A stretch of DNA of 44,916 nucleotides. It comes from Minisyncoccota bacterium (GTDB lineage Bacteria > Patescibacteriota > Minisyncoccia > UBA6257 > 2-01-FULL-56-20). Below, in pieces: positions 35,826 through 44,389 of the stretch. Numbering within the stretch: position 1 is the stretch's first letter; every line of letters begins with the position of its first letter. The DNA lies in NCBI GenBank assembly GCA_036266715.1, contig DATAXS010000012.1:1-44916 (forward strand). Reading direction: 5' to 3'. Both the position numbers and the translations under genes were made by a program. Under the pieces are notes generated by a model. That model was not told the origin of the DNA, searched no databases, and was given only the letters and a program-made list of their open reading frames with translations.

Positions 35826-37553
35826 ATGACCTCCGAAGAACTCCTTCAACAAATGCAAAAAGGCGGGCTTGTGGATGCCACGCTTGCAAACCGGCTCAGA
35901 CGCGACTCCATCATAAGCGGCGAACCCATAGAAGCCGTGATCGCCAAGAGCCGGGCGGTGGATGACGTAAAGATCGCGGAGCTCAAGAGTTCACTACTCA
36001 AGGTACCGTACAAAAAAGTATCGCCGAACGACATTGACGCAAAGCTCCTGGAGGCCATTCCCGAAGAAACGGCACGGACGTACCAGGCGATCCCCGTTTC
36101 GCTCCAAGACAATTTGCTTGTGGTCGGCATGCTCCATCCGGATGACTCCAAGGCGCAAGAGGTTTTGAAGTTCATTGCGCGGCAGGGCCACATGAATCTT
36201 GGCGTCTATCTCATTTCGTACGGCGACTGGGAAGCGGTGCTCAAAAAATATTCGCCGTACCGCACGGAGATCGCAAACGCGGTCCAATCGCTCAATTTTA
36301 AAACAGGCGGTTCGGAAGGCGCCCAGCGAATGATAAGTCTGGAGGATTCGGGCGGCAGCGAGGAAGGGCCGGTCATTAAAATTGTGGCGGACACGCTCCG
36401 CGAGGCGGTTACGTCCAAGGCGTCGGACGTGCACATTGAGCCCCAGCAGAATTCGCTGCGCATCCGGTTCCGCGTGGACGGCGATCTCCACCAGGTGGCG
36501 TCGCTCCCGATCCAGCTCGCCCAGCCGGTCGTCTCGCGCGTGAAGGTCGTCTCAAGCCTGAAGATCGACGAGACGCGCATGCCGCAGGATGGGCGGTTCC
36601 GTTCGCACATTTTGGACCGCGACATCGACTTCCGCGTGGCGACCTTCCCCACGCCGCTCGGGGAGAAGGTGGCCATCCGCGTACTTGACCCCGAAGCGGG
36701 GCTGAAGAGCTTTGATAATTTGCCTCTGCGCTACGGGAACTTGGAACTCGTGAAGGCGGGGCTTGAGAAACCATTCGGCATGGTGCTCATTACCGGGCCG
36801 ACCGGTTCCGGAAAAACCACGACGCTGTATGCCTTCCTGCAAAGTTTGAACCACGAGGATGTGAACATTGTTTCGCTTGAAGATCCGGTGGAATATTTTG
36901 TTTCCGGCATCAACCAGTCGCAGGTGCGGCCGGAGATCGGCTACGACTTTGCGTCGGGCTTGCGGCAGATATTGCGGCAGGACCCGGACGTCATTATGGT
37001 CGGCGAAATTCGGGACAACGAGACAGCGGGACTTGCCGTGCAAGCGGCCCTGACCGGGCACGTGGTATTGAGCACGCTCCACACAAACAACTCTGCGGGT
37101 GTTATCCCGCGGCTCGTGGACATGAAGGTTGAACCATTCCTTTTGCCGGTCTCTCTTAACTTGATGATGGCCCAACGGCTCGTGGGCCAGCTCTGCCCGG
37201 ATTGTAAATTTGCCGAAGAAGCTTCTGCCGACCTGCAGAAAGTGATCCAACACACGCTTGAAGGGCTGAAGCAGGAGATCGCGGGGAAATACAACGAGCC
37301 ATACAAAATTTTCCATACAAAGGGGTGCACGACGTGCAAGGGGAAGGGCATTCTTGGCCGCATGGCGCTCTACGAAGTGCTCCGCATGACGCCGGCGCTC
37401 GGCGAGATCGTGGCTGAGGGCGCGAATTTGCAGAGGATCATCAAAGAAGCAAAGGCGCAGGGGATGGTCACGTTGCGGCAGGATGGCGTGATGAAGGCGC
37501 TGGATGGGTTTGTGTCTATAGAGGAAGTGGTCAGAGAAACGGAGGAGCTATAG
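35826..37553 (+). CDS. pilB: Type IV pilus assembly ATPase PilB (GspE family)
   Basis: N-terminal GspE_N-type domain, LITGPTGSGKTTTLYA Walker A, Asp/His boxes, tetracysteine motif CPDC..CTTCKG. Confidence 0.92.
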   Translation: MTSEELLQQMQKGGLVDATLANRLRRDSIISGEPIEAVIAKSRAVDDVKIAELKSSLLKVPYKKVSPNDIDAKLLEAIPEETARTYQAIPVSLQDNLLVVGMLHPDDSKAQEVLKFIARQGHMNLGVYLISYGDWEAVLKKYSPYRTEIANAVQSLNFKTGGSEGAQRMISLEDSGGSEEGPVIKIVADTLREAVTSKASDVHIEPQQNSLRIRFRVDGDLHQVASLPIQLAQPVVSRVKVVSSLKIDETRMPQDGRFRSHILDRDIDFRVATFPTPLGEKVAIRVLDPEAGLKSFDNLPLRYGNLELVKAGLEKPFGMVLITGPTGSGKTTTLYAFLQSLNHEDVNIVSLEDPVEYFVSGINQSQVRPEIGYDFASGLRQILRQDPDVIMVGEIRDNETAGLAVQAALTGHVVLSTLHTNNSAGVIPRLVDMKVEPFLLPVSLNLMMAQRLVGQLCPDCKFAEEASADLQKVIQHTLEGLKQEIAGKYNEPYKIFHTKGCTTCKGKGILGRMALYEVLRMTPALGEIVAEGANLQRIIKEAKAQGMVTLRQDGVMKALDGFVSIEEVVRETEEL

Positions 37554-37666
37554 CATGTAATATTATTGAACCCGCTGCGGACTCGGAAGCACCTGTTCGA
37601 AAAAAATGCCGCCCCCTCGCCTTCGGCATTCGAGTGCAGTTTTATTAAAAATTTATTAAACGTCCC

Positions 37667-37694
37667 TTGACGTTTAATCTTTTGGTCTTATACT
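37667..37694 (+). promoter_or_regulatory. Orphan sigma-70-type promoter in the pilB-pilT spacer
   Basis: TTGACG (37667-37672), 16 nt spacer, TATACT (37689-37694). Confidence 0.5.
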
Positions 37695-37700
37695 GACAAC

Positions 37701-37785
37701 GGGTAACGGTAGCTCGTATAAATTACGAGCTCATAACTACTTCTCAGTAAGAATGGCTGCTTCAGCGGCCGTTTTTATTTCTTTT
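37701..37785 (+). ncRNA. Candidate small RNA (about 85 nt) bounded by a promoter and an intrinsic terminator
   Basis: Hairpin agctcgta/tacgagct (37711-37731), single-stranded ACTACTTCTCA (37736-37746), terminator ggctgc-ttca-gcggcc (37755-37770) plus gtttttatttctttt. Confidence 0.35.
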
Positions 37786-37949
37786 AGATAGTTTTAATGG
37801 ATCTTTTGCTACTTTGAAGTTGCCCAAGTGACCATGGGCCCATAGTTTAACGAGTAAAACCGCTACCCTTGAGAAGTAGTGAATCGGGTGCAAGGCCCGA
37901 TGGGTCCACTAGGGCCGCGCGCGGGATATAAATATGCTAAAATAAACCC

Positions 37950-39023
37950 ATGGATGACTATAAAGGGAAGCTCGCGGAACTCCTGACCGCGTGCGCGAAG
38001 CAGAATGCGTCGGATCTCCACATTGCCGTGGGGCGCAGGCCCACGCTCCGCATAGACGGCCTCCTCGTGCCGCTCCAAAAGGAGCCCATCACGACGCCGG
38101 AGATCGCGGAAGGCATCATTGGAGAAATGATAACGTCCGAGCAGAAGCAGAAGCTTTTAGCCCAGCGCCAGATAGACTTTGCCTACAGCTTTGAGGATAA
38201 GGCGCGCTTCCGCGTGAACGCGTATTTCCAGCGGGGATACCTTGCGGCTGCGCTCCGGCTCGTGCCAAACCGCATCAAGACAATAGAAGAGCTCAATTTG
38301 CCACCGCTTCTCCACGATTTCGGAAAACTTTCGCAGGGATTTGTGCTTGTGGTGGGCCCGGCAGGGCACGGCAAATCTTCCACGCTCGCCGCGATCCTGG
38401 ACGAGGTGAACCACACACGCTCGGACCATATTATTACCGTTGAAGACCCGGTGGAATATCTGTTTACGCAGGACAAGTGCATCGTCTCCCAGCGCGAAGT
38501 GGGTTCGGACACCATGAGCTTTCACGCCGCGCTCCGCACGATCCTCCGGCAGGACCCGGACGTCGTCATGATCGGCGAGATGCGCGATTCGGTCTCCATC
38601 GGCACCGCCATGACGGCGGCAGAAACCGGCCACTTGGTGCTTTCAACGCTCCACACGAACTCTGCCTCTCAAACCATAGACCGTATCATTGACTCGTTCC
38701 CGGCCGAACAGCAGGGCCAGGTGACGTCCCAGCTCGCGGCGACGCTTGTTGCCATCGTTTCGGAGCGGCTCCTGCCGCGGCTCTCGGGCGGACGCGTGCC
38801 TGCGATGGAGATTATGATCGTGAACCCCGCCATCCGCAACCTCATCCGCGAACGGAAAACGTACCAGATAGATCTTGTGATAGAAACGAGCCTGCAGGAA
38901 GGGATGGTGACGCTCAATCGCTCGCTCGTGAACCTCGTGAAGAACAAGGAGATATCGCTCGAGAACGCGGAGCTCTATTCGTTGAACCCTGCGGAATTGA
39001 GGATTCTTCTTGAGAGGTCATAA
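37950..39023 (+). CDS. pilT: Twitching-motility / retraction ATPase PilT
   Basis: ..ASDLHIAVGRRPTLRIDG.., VVGPAGHGKSSTLAA Walker A, ..HLVLSTLHTNSA.., 357 aa typical of PilT. Confidence 0.92.
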   Translation: MDDYKGKLAELLTACAKQNASDLHIAVGRRPTLRIDGLLVPLQKEPITTPEIAEGIIGEMITSEQKQKLLAQRQIDFAYSFEDKARFRVNAYFQRGYLAAALRLVPNRIKTIEELNLPPLLHDFGKLSQGFVLVVGPAGHGKSSTLAAILDEVNHTRSDHIITVEDPVEYLFTQDKCIVSQREVGSDTMSFHAALRTILRQDPDVVMIGEMRDSVSIGTAMTAAETGHLVLSTLHTNSASQTIDRIIDSFPAEQQGQVTSQLAATLVAIVSERLLPRLSGGRVPAMEIMIVNPAIRNLIRERKTYQIDLVIETSLQEGMVTLNRSLVNLVKNKEISLENAELYSLNPAELRILLERS

Positions 39024-39033
39024 TTTTTAGGAA

Positions 39034-40254
39034 ATGAAGTTCAAGTATCAGGCAAAAACAAAAGCGGGCGAACTCCAGGCCGGCTTTGTGGACGCCGGCA
39101 GCCGCGATGGCGCGCTGAACATTCTCGCGGGGCATGATCTCTTCGTGCTTTCCGTGGAATCGGCGGAGCAAAAAGGGAGTTTGGATCGCATCAATTCGTT
39201 CCTCAACCGCCCGCGGCGGAAGGACATTATCATCTTTGCACGCCAGCTCGCGACGCTCCTTGAGGCGCGCCTGCCGCTCAACAACGCGCTGAAGATCCTT
39301 GCCGAGCAGACCACGAATACGCGGCTTAAAGAGGCAATTTTGGAGATCGCGCAAGACGTGGATTCGGGCCTCTCATTTTCCCAGGCGATGGAGCGGCAGT
39401 CGGAAGTGTTCCCGGATTACTACATAGAGATGGTGCGTGCGGCGGAGGTCACAGGAAATTTGAACGAAGTGGCGACGTTCCTTGCAGACTACACGGAAAA
39501 AGAGGGCGACCTTGCGGGCAAAGCATCCTCGGCGCTTATATACCCCGGCATCGTGCTCGGCCTCTTTGTGGTCGTGGCGTTCATTCTTCTCACTTTTGTG
39601 TTTCCCTCCATCGGGTCGGTCTTTTCCGAAAATAACGTGGCGCTCCCGTGGTACACGCAGGTGCTTCTCACCGTCGGGAACTTCCTTTCCAAGTGGTGGA
39701 TCGCGGTCATCATCGGCGTGGGCGCGCTTGGTTTCGTGTTGGTTGACTATTTTGAAACGGACGAAGGCAAGGCGCTTGCGGACGAGGCAAAAATTCGTCT
39801 TCCCGTCGTAAAAAAAGTATATCTGCCCGTCATTATGGCGCGATTCGGGAACGCGGCATCGCTCCTTGTGCACGGCGGCATTCCCATCGCACAAGGGTTG
39901 GAAATTATCAGCCACATGGTAGGGAATGTGCTTTATAAAGATGTGGTCCACGAGATCGGCGACGACGTGCGGCAGGGGAAACTTCTTTCGGAGAGCATTA
40001 GCGCGCACCCGGACTTTTTCCCGGCGCTCGTTTCGCAGATGGTTGCGGTGGGCGAGACGACCGGAAAGACGGAAGAGATGTTCAAGCGGCTTGCGGGCAT
40101 CTATACGCGGGACGCGGACCAGATATCCGGCAACCTCGTGGACCTCATCCAACCGATCCTCATGATCGGGATGGGCATCATGGTGGGCCTGCTTTTTGCC
40201 TCTATTCTGATACCGATTTATAGCCTCACGGCGAACATAGGGAACAGCGGGTAA
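39034..40254 (+). CDS. pilC: Type IV pilus platform protein PilC (GspF family)
   Basis: Two GspF-type repeats with three TM segments, 406 aa. Confidence 0.9.
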   Translation: MKFKYQAKTKAGELQAGFVDAGSRDGALNILAGHDLFVLSVESAEQKGSLDRINSFLNRPRRKDIIIFARQLATLLEARLPLNNALKILAEQTTNTRLKEAILEIAQDVDSGLSFSQAMERQSEVFPDYYIEMVRAAEVTGNLNEVATFLADYTEKEGDLAGKASSALIYPGIVLGLFVVVAFILLTFVFPSIGSVFSENNVALPWYTQVLLTVGNFLSKWWIAVIIGVGALGFVLVDYFETDEGKALADEAKIRLPVVKKVYLPVIMARFGNAASLLVHGGIPIAQGLEIISHMVGNVLYKDVVHEIGDDVRQGKLLSESISAHPDFFPALVSQMVAVGETTGKTEEMFKRLAGIYTRDADQISGNLVDLIQPILMIGMGIMVGLLFASILIPIYSLTANIGNSG

Positions 40255-40321
40255 GCCCTTTTCCATGAGCTTTCTGCCTCATACGAGGGACGAATTCGGC
40301 AGAAAGCTCATGGAAAAGGGC
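40255..40321 (+). terminator. 67-nt hairpin (24-bp perfect stem) starting one base after the pilC stop
   Basis: gcccttttccatgagctttctgcc (40255-40278) pairs with 40298-40321. 19-nt loop tcatacgagggacgaattc. Confidence 0.7.
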
Positions 40322-40471
40322 CTTCACATGCGAGAGACGAATGTCCCGAAAAGGCAAGGAGAAAGCTCATCGGAAGGTTTTCCACAGTTCAAAGGGGCTC
40401 AGAAATCCCATATGATATACTAAATAGCGTAATCTTCTTGAAAGGTCGAACAGTTTTTTCATAGGAAAATC

Positions 40472-40978
40472 ATGACAAAAAACGCAAGACAGGGCTTTAC
40501 CCTTATCGAAATCTTGATTGTGGTGGCGATCATCGCCATCTTGGCGTCCGTCGTGCTCGTCGGCTTGGGTCCCACCCAGCAGGCAGGCCGCGACTCTCGC
40601 CGTTTGTCCGACCTTCGGGAAGTGCAGAATGGTCTTGAGCTCTACTACAATAAGTGCGGTTACTATCCAGGCGGAGCCGTTGCAGCTTCGTGTGCTGGCG
40701 TTGCGCACACCGCAGATGCCACTTGGGCTGCTATGACCACTGCTCTTGAGGGAAGCGCGATTGGTGTACCCACTGTTCCAAACGATCCGACCTCGGGGAA
40801 GACTTATTTCTACGGAACGGATGCAGGCGGTGACAGCTACGTTATTGCTGCCACTCTTGAACAGCTCACAAATTCCGTTTTCAATTCGTACACCGTTGTT
40901 AACTTAACGACTCCCGTGGCATACACTGCTACCGGACTTACGAGCTGCGCAGCCCCCAATTACTGCATCACGCTCTAA
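40472..40978 (+). CDS. Major type IV pilin (class III signal peptide)
   Basis: MTKNARQG|FTLIEILIVVAIIAILASVVLVGL prepilin motif with Glu+5, GspG-like RDSRRLSDLREVQNGLELYY, C-terminal Cys pair. SD-like AGGAAA upstream. Confidence 0.9.
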   Translation: MTKNARQGFTLIEILIVVAIIAILASVVLVGLGPTQQAGRDSRRLSDLREVQNGLELYYNKCGYYPGGAVAASCAGVAHTADATWAAMTTALEGSAIGVPTVPNDPTSGKTYFYGTDAGGDSYVIAATLEQLTNSVFNSYTVVNLTTPVAYTATGLTSCAAPNYCITL

Positions 40979-41002
40979 AAATTTGATTTGCAGTGATTCT
41001 TC

Positions 41003-41027
41003 AAAAACCCCGCTCGGCGGGGTTTTT
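41003..41027 (+). terminator. Rho-independent terminator after the major pilin gene
   Basis: aaaaaccccgc / tcg / gcggggttttt. Confidence 0.8.
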
Positions 41028-41037
41028 GGTTATACTG

Positions 41038-41901
41038 ATGCATATGGACCCCTTTGTGTTCGTCGTACTCTTTGTGTTCGGCCTTGCGATCGGGAGTTTT
41101 GTGAACGTGCTTGCGCTCCGGTACGACGGCGAGCATTTTTTGTTTGACCCAAGGGTGATCGGCGGCAGGTCGCACTGTCCGCATTGCAAGCACACGCTCC
41201 GGTGGTACGAGCTCGTGCCCGTCATAAGCTTTGTGGTCCAGCGCGCACGGTGCCGCAACTGCGGCGCGCGCATTGGCTCACAGTATCCGCTCGTGGAACT
41301 GCTCTCCGGGTTCATCTTTGCGCTCGTGCCGTTCTCTCTCCAGGGCGCGCCCGTGGTGCTCCCCACGCTTTGGGTCATTGCATTTGAGATATTGCTTCTC
41401 ATTGCCTACGTGGACATCCGCCTGCGCATCGTGCCCGACGAGCTGAACATTTTTCTTGGCATTGCGGGCATCTTTATTGCGGTCTTTACGGTCGGCTACT
41501 TTGGCATGGCAAACGTCTCGCTCTTTGGCGCGTATGCAGGCATCTTTGGACTGCAAAATAATTTTTGGATAGCGCATTTGGCGGGCGCACTCGCGGGTGC
41601 CGCATTCTTTTGGCTTTTGGCATTCGTGTCGCCATTCGTCTTTAAGCAAGAGGGAATGGGAATGGGCGACGTAAAGCTCGCGCTCCCGCTCGGATTCCTC
41701 TTTGGCTGGCCGGATATCCTGCTCCTTTACGGCGCGGCGTTTGTAATAGGCGCGCTTGCGGGCATCGCAATGATCATCGCGCGGAAGAAGGCGATGAAGC
41801 AGACCTTGCCCTTCGCGCCATTCCTTGTTGCGGGTGCCGCCATCGCCTTCTTCCTCGGAACCCCCCTCGTTGGATGGTATTTTCGTATAATAGGACTATG
41901 A
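41038..41901 (+). CDS. pilD: Prepilin peptidase PilD (A24 family, with N-terminal Zn-binding methyltransferase-type region)
   Basis: CPHCKHTL..CRNCGARI motif and polytopic A24 peptidase core with GMGDVKL. The listed GTG 40993 start would run through the pilin terminator, so ATG 41038 was chosen. Confidence 0.88.
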   Translation: MHMDPFVFVVLFVFGLAIGSFVNVLALRYDGEHFLFDPRVIGGRSHCPHCKHTLRWYELVPVISFVVQRARCRNCGARIGSQYPLVELLSGFIFALVPFSLQGAPVVLPTLWVIAFEILLLIAYVDIRLRIVPDELNIFLGIAGIFIAVFTVGYFGMANVSLFGAYAGIFGLQNNFWIAHLAGALAGAAFFWLLAFVSPFVFKQEGMGMGDVKLALPLGFLFGWPDILLLYGAAFVIGALAGIAMIIARKKAMKQTLPFAPFLVAGAAIAFFLGTPLVGWYFRIIGL

Positions 41902-42503
41902 CACGCCCGAGCCGCCGCGCGGCGGGATTCACCCTCATTGAGATCATCGTCGTGATCGCGATCTCCGCCATCCTCGCCACGATCGCGATAGCGTACAATA
42001 CCGGCGTCCGCGACGAAGTGGCGCTCTCCGTGGAAACCGCAAAGATATCGCAGACCATCCTCAATGCAAAGAGTTTGGCGCTTGCGGCATACACGGGCAC
42101 GGGCGGCGCCTCCGCGGTGGTCTGCGGCTACGGGGCATTCTTTGACGACGCCTCAAACACCTATTCCATCTTTAAATATGTGCCGGCGGCCGGAGTGTGT
42201 CCGTCGCTTGCAAGCACGACCGCGGACGGGGTGAATAGTGCAACAGAAATGCAGCAGTACACGCCGGCCACATGGCAGATCCCCCTTTCGGACGGCGTGA
42301 AGCTCGTTTCCGGCGGGAGCGGGGACGATCTCTCCATGGTGCTTTTCTACCCACCGCAGCCAGTCACCTTCATCAACACGAGCGCAGCGAATCCGCATGT
42401 GTTCGGTGCGACCGAGGGAACGGTGCATCTTGCAACCACGGATGGCGCGAACACGAGCACCGTGACGGTCACGCTCGGCGGCCAGGTGAATTACCAACAA
42501 TGA
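41898..42503 (+). CDS. Minor pilin / pseudopilin 1
   Basis: MTRPSRRAAG|FTLIEIIVVIAISAIL prepilin motif. ATGA overlap with the pilD stop. Confidence 0.8.
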   Translation: MTRPSRRAAGFTLIEIIVVIAISAILATIAIAYNTGVRDEVALSVETAKISQTILNAKSLALAAYTGTGGASAVVCGYGAFFDDASNTYSIFKYVPAAGVCPSLASTTADGVNSATEMQQYTPATWQIPLSDGVKLVSGGSGDDLSMVLFYPPQPVTFINTSAANPHVFGATEGTVHLATTDGANTSTVTVTLGGQVNYQQ

Positions 42504-43102
42504 TGATAATGCGAATAAAGCCGACGCGCGGCAGAAAAAAAGCGAGCGGCCAATCTATTATCGAAGCTATGATCGCGATGGGGATACTGACCATTGGTTT
42601 CCTCGGCATCGCGGCGCTTCTCGTGCGCTCGTTCCAGATCTCACGCACGACCTCCGACGACGTGACCGCCACATACCTTGCCTCGGAGGGGATAGAGGTA
42701 ATGAAGAACATTTTGGACCACGACGTGTACGCAATACCTCCCGCCGGAGCTTCGCTCGGGTGGGGGACGTGCACGGATACGAGCGGTACGACGCATTGCA
42801 CGGAAAGCGGCGCGTACAAAGCGGATTATGAGTCCGCAGTGCCGCAGGAGATCGGAGGGCCGGGTGCCGTATGTTTTTCCGGAGCTGCTCCGAGTGCCGA
42901 TTTCATCCTCAATTTTGATGCCGCGAGCGGGGCGTACGGCTATGCCGCAGGCGGGACGCCCTCAAAATTTGCCCGGTGCATTCAGTTTACGCACAATGGC
43001 GAGGAAATAACCGTGAACTCCATCGTGGACTGGACCACGAACGGCATAGCCGAATCGCTCAACCTTGAGGACCACTTCTATAACTGGAATCCGGGAAGCT
43101 AA
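42500..43102 (+). CDS. Minor pilin / pseudopilin 2
   Basis: ..RGRKKASG|QSIIEAMIAMGILTIGFLG (Glu+5). ATGA overlap with the preceding stop. Confidence 0.7.
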   Translation: MMIMRIKPTRGRKKASGQSIIEAMIAMGILTIGFLGIAALLVRSFQISRTTSDDVTATYLASEGIEVMKNILDHDVYAIPPAGASLGWGTCTDTSGTTHCTESGAYKADYESAVPQEIGGPGAVCFSGAAPSADFILNFDAASGAYGYAAGGTPSKFARCIQFTHNGEEITVNSIVDWTTNGIAESLNLEDHFYNWNPGS

Positions 43103-43105
43103 CCA

Positions 43106-43774
43106 ATGAAAAAAATGAATGTAAAAAAATTACAAGGGTTCACACTTCTCGAGCTTCTTATCGCAATCGGGCTTTTTTCCATTCTGACGGCGGTCGCGGC
43201 GGGCGGCTACGTGAACGCGCTCCGCACGGACCGCGAGGTTTCCGCGCTCATCTCCGCGCAGTCCAATGCCGGGCTTGCCATGGAGCAGATCGCGCGCGAG
43301 GCGCGGACGGGATATCTTTTTTGCCACGGCGTCACGAGCACTGTGCCCTCGGCAAATTGCAATTCGCCGGTGCCGCCCGCGACGCCTGCCGTATTGTGCA
43401 CGGAATCCACGGGTCCCAACATAGATCCGCTCACGCCGGACGTCACATGGACCTGTCCCTCGCTCGATTTCTACAACGCGCAACTGGAAGAGGTGAACTA
43501 CTCGCTTGCGGGCGGCACCGGCACGCTCATGCGGAAGGCGAGTGCAGAGGACGGCGGTGTGGCCGAGGCGATCACCGCGGACGACGTGGACATCAAGTCG
43601 CTGAAGTTTGTTTTGCAGGGCGAGCTTGAAGGCGACCATTGGAACCCGCGCATCACGATCATCATGCAAGTTGTGGCGAGTTCCACCGATCCCACGCTCG
43701 CGAACGACGTCTTGAACCTTCAAACCACGGTGAGCTCGCGGGAGATAGACTGCAGCGCGGCGGCGGGGTGTTGA
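43106..43774 (+). CDS. Minor pilin / pseudopilin 3
   Basis: MKKMNVKKLQG|FTLLELLIAIGLFSIL prepilin motif. Confidence 0.8.
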   Translation: MKKMNVKKLQGFTLLELLIAIGLFSILTAVAAGGYVNALRTDREVSALISAQSNAGLAMEQIAREARTGYLFCHGVTSTVPSANCNSPVPPATPAVLCTESTGPNIDPLTPDVTWTCPSLDFYNAQLEEVNYSLAGGTGTLMRKASAEDGGVAEAITADDVDIKSLKFVLQGELEGDHWNPRITIIMQVVASSTDPTLANDVLNLQTTVSSREIDCSAAAGC

Positions 43775-43862
43775 TGGGGCCACGGGGCGGGCAAAAGCGG
43801 TACGGCAACTTATACACACCCTCCCGCGCGGTGTCAATCGTTGATTTTGTTATCATTAGACC

Positions 43863-44363
43863 ATGAAGAAGAAAGTGAGCACCAAGCACGGTACCCTCAT
43901 CTTGACCGCGGTTGCCGTGTTCGCGGCGGTAGTGATCATCCTCGTGGCAGTGCTCGGCGCGACGACCGCAGGCGCGCCCACCTTGGCTCCGTCCGGAGAA
44001 TACGGAGGATCCATGGCCGATGTCGCCACCAATACACCCGTATATGCCGATTCCGGAGACCTCGCCCAGGGCTTTCCCCAGCAATTTGTTCTTGACCTTA
44101 CGGCGAACATAGTCGAGAGTTACACGTTTTCATACCCTTCCGGTTCGGAGGAATACGCCACCACGTTCGATTCTTCAAAATCGGTTCAGACGCTGTTCTC
44201 TCTTTACCAAACATACTTTGCCGACAACGGCTGGAGCGTCACCACGGCCGCGCCGAGCGGCATGGAGGGACTTTATGCGCAAAAAGGAAGCCAGGAAGTG
44301 AGCGTGGCGGTAAGCGGGGAGACATCTTCCACGCAGGTTGTCATAGGATACATTGCGCAATAG
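43863..44363 (+). CDS. Membrane-anchored hypothetical protein, paralog A
   Basis: N-terminal TM anchor, then a domain sharing GFPQ.(F/L)VLD, (T/S)(F/V)SY, TLF..Y..YF..NGW, EGLYA and SQV.IGY blocks with the next ORF. Confidence 0.65.
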   Translation: MKKKVSTKHGTLILTAVAVFAAVVIILVAVLGATTAGAPTLAPSGEYGGSMADVATNTPVYADSGDLAQGFPQQFVLDLTANIVESYTFSYPSGSEEYATTFDSSKSVQTLFSLYQTYFADNGWSVTTAAPSGMEGLYAQKGSQEVSVAVSGETSSTQVVIGYIAQ

Positions 44364-44389
44364 CGATTTGATATAATAAAAACAACCCC

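Noticed and set aside
39373-40266. 297-aa minus-strand ORF antisense to pilC; similarly 34319..35200 antisense to pilN/pilO, 21901..22683 antisense to the membrane protein, and 19566..21220 antisense to clpB
   Set aside because: All are nested in strongly supported genes on the other strand and show Arg/His-rich nonsense composition.
8402-40321. Repeated hairpin elements as a possible CRISPR array
   Set aside because: The copies are kilobases apart at gene ends. There is no regular repeat-spacer periodicity and no cas genes in the window.
40993-41037. GTG 40993 as the pilD start; similarly ATG 16029 for the desulfurase, GTG/ATG 710 for pilin paralog 2 and ATG 42272 for minor pilin 2
   Set aside because: The extensions run through an intrinsic terminator (41003-41027), a promoter spacer, or the preceding gene. 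The internal ATGs give canonical N-termini and ATGA or short-gap junctions.
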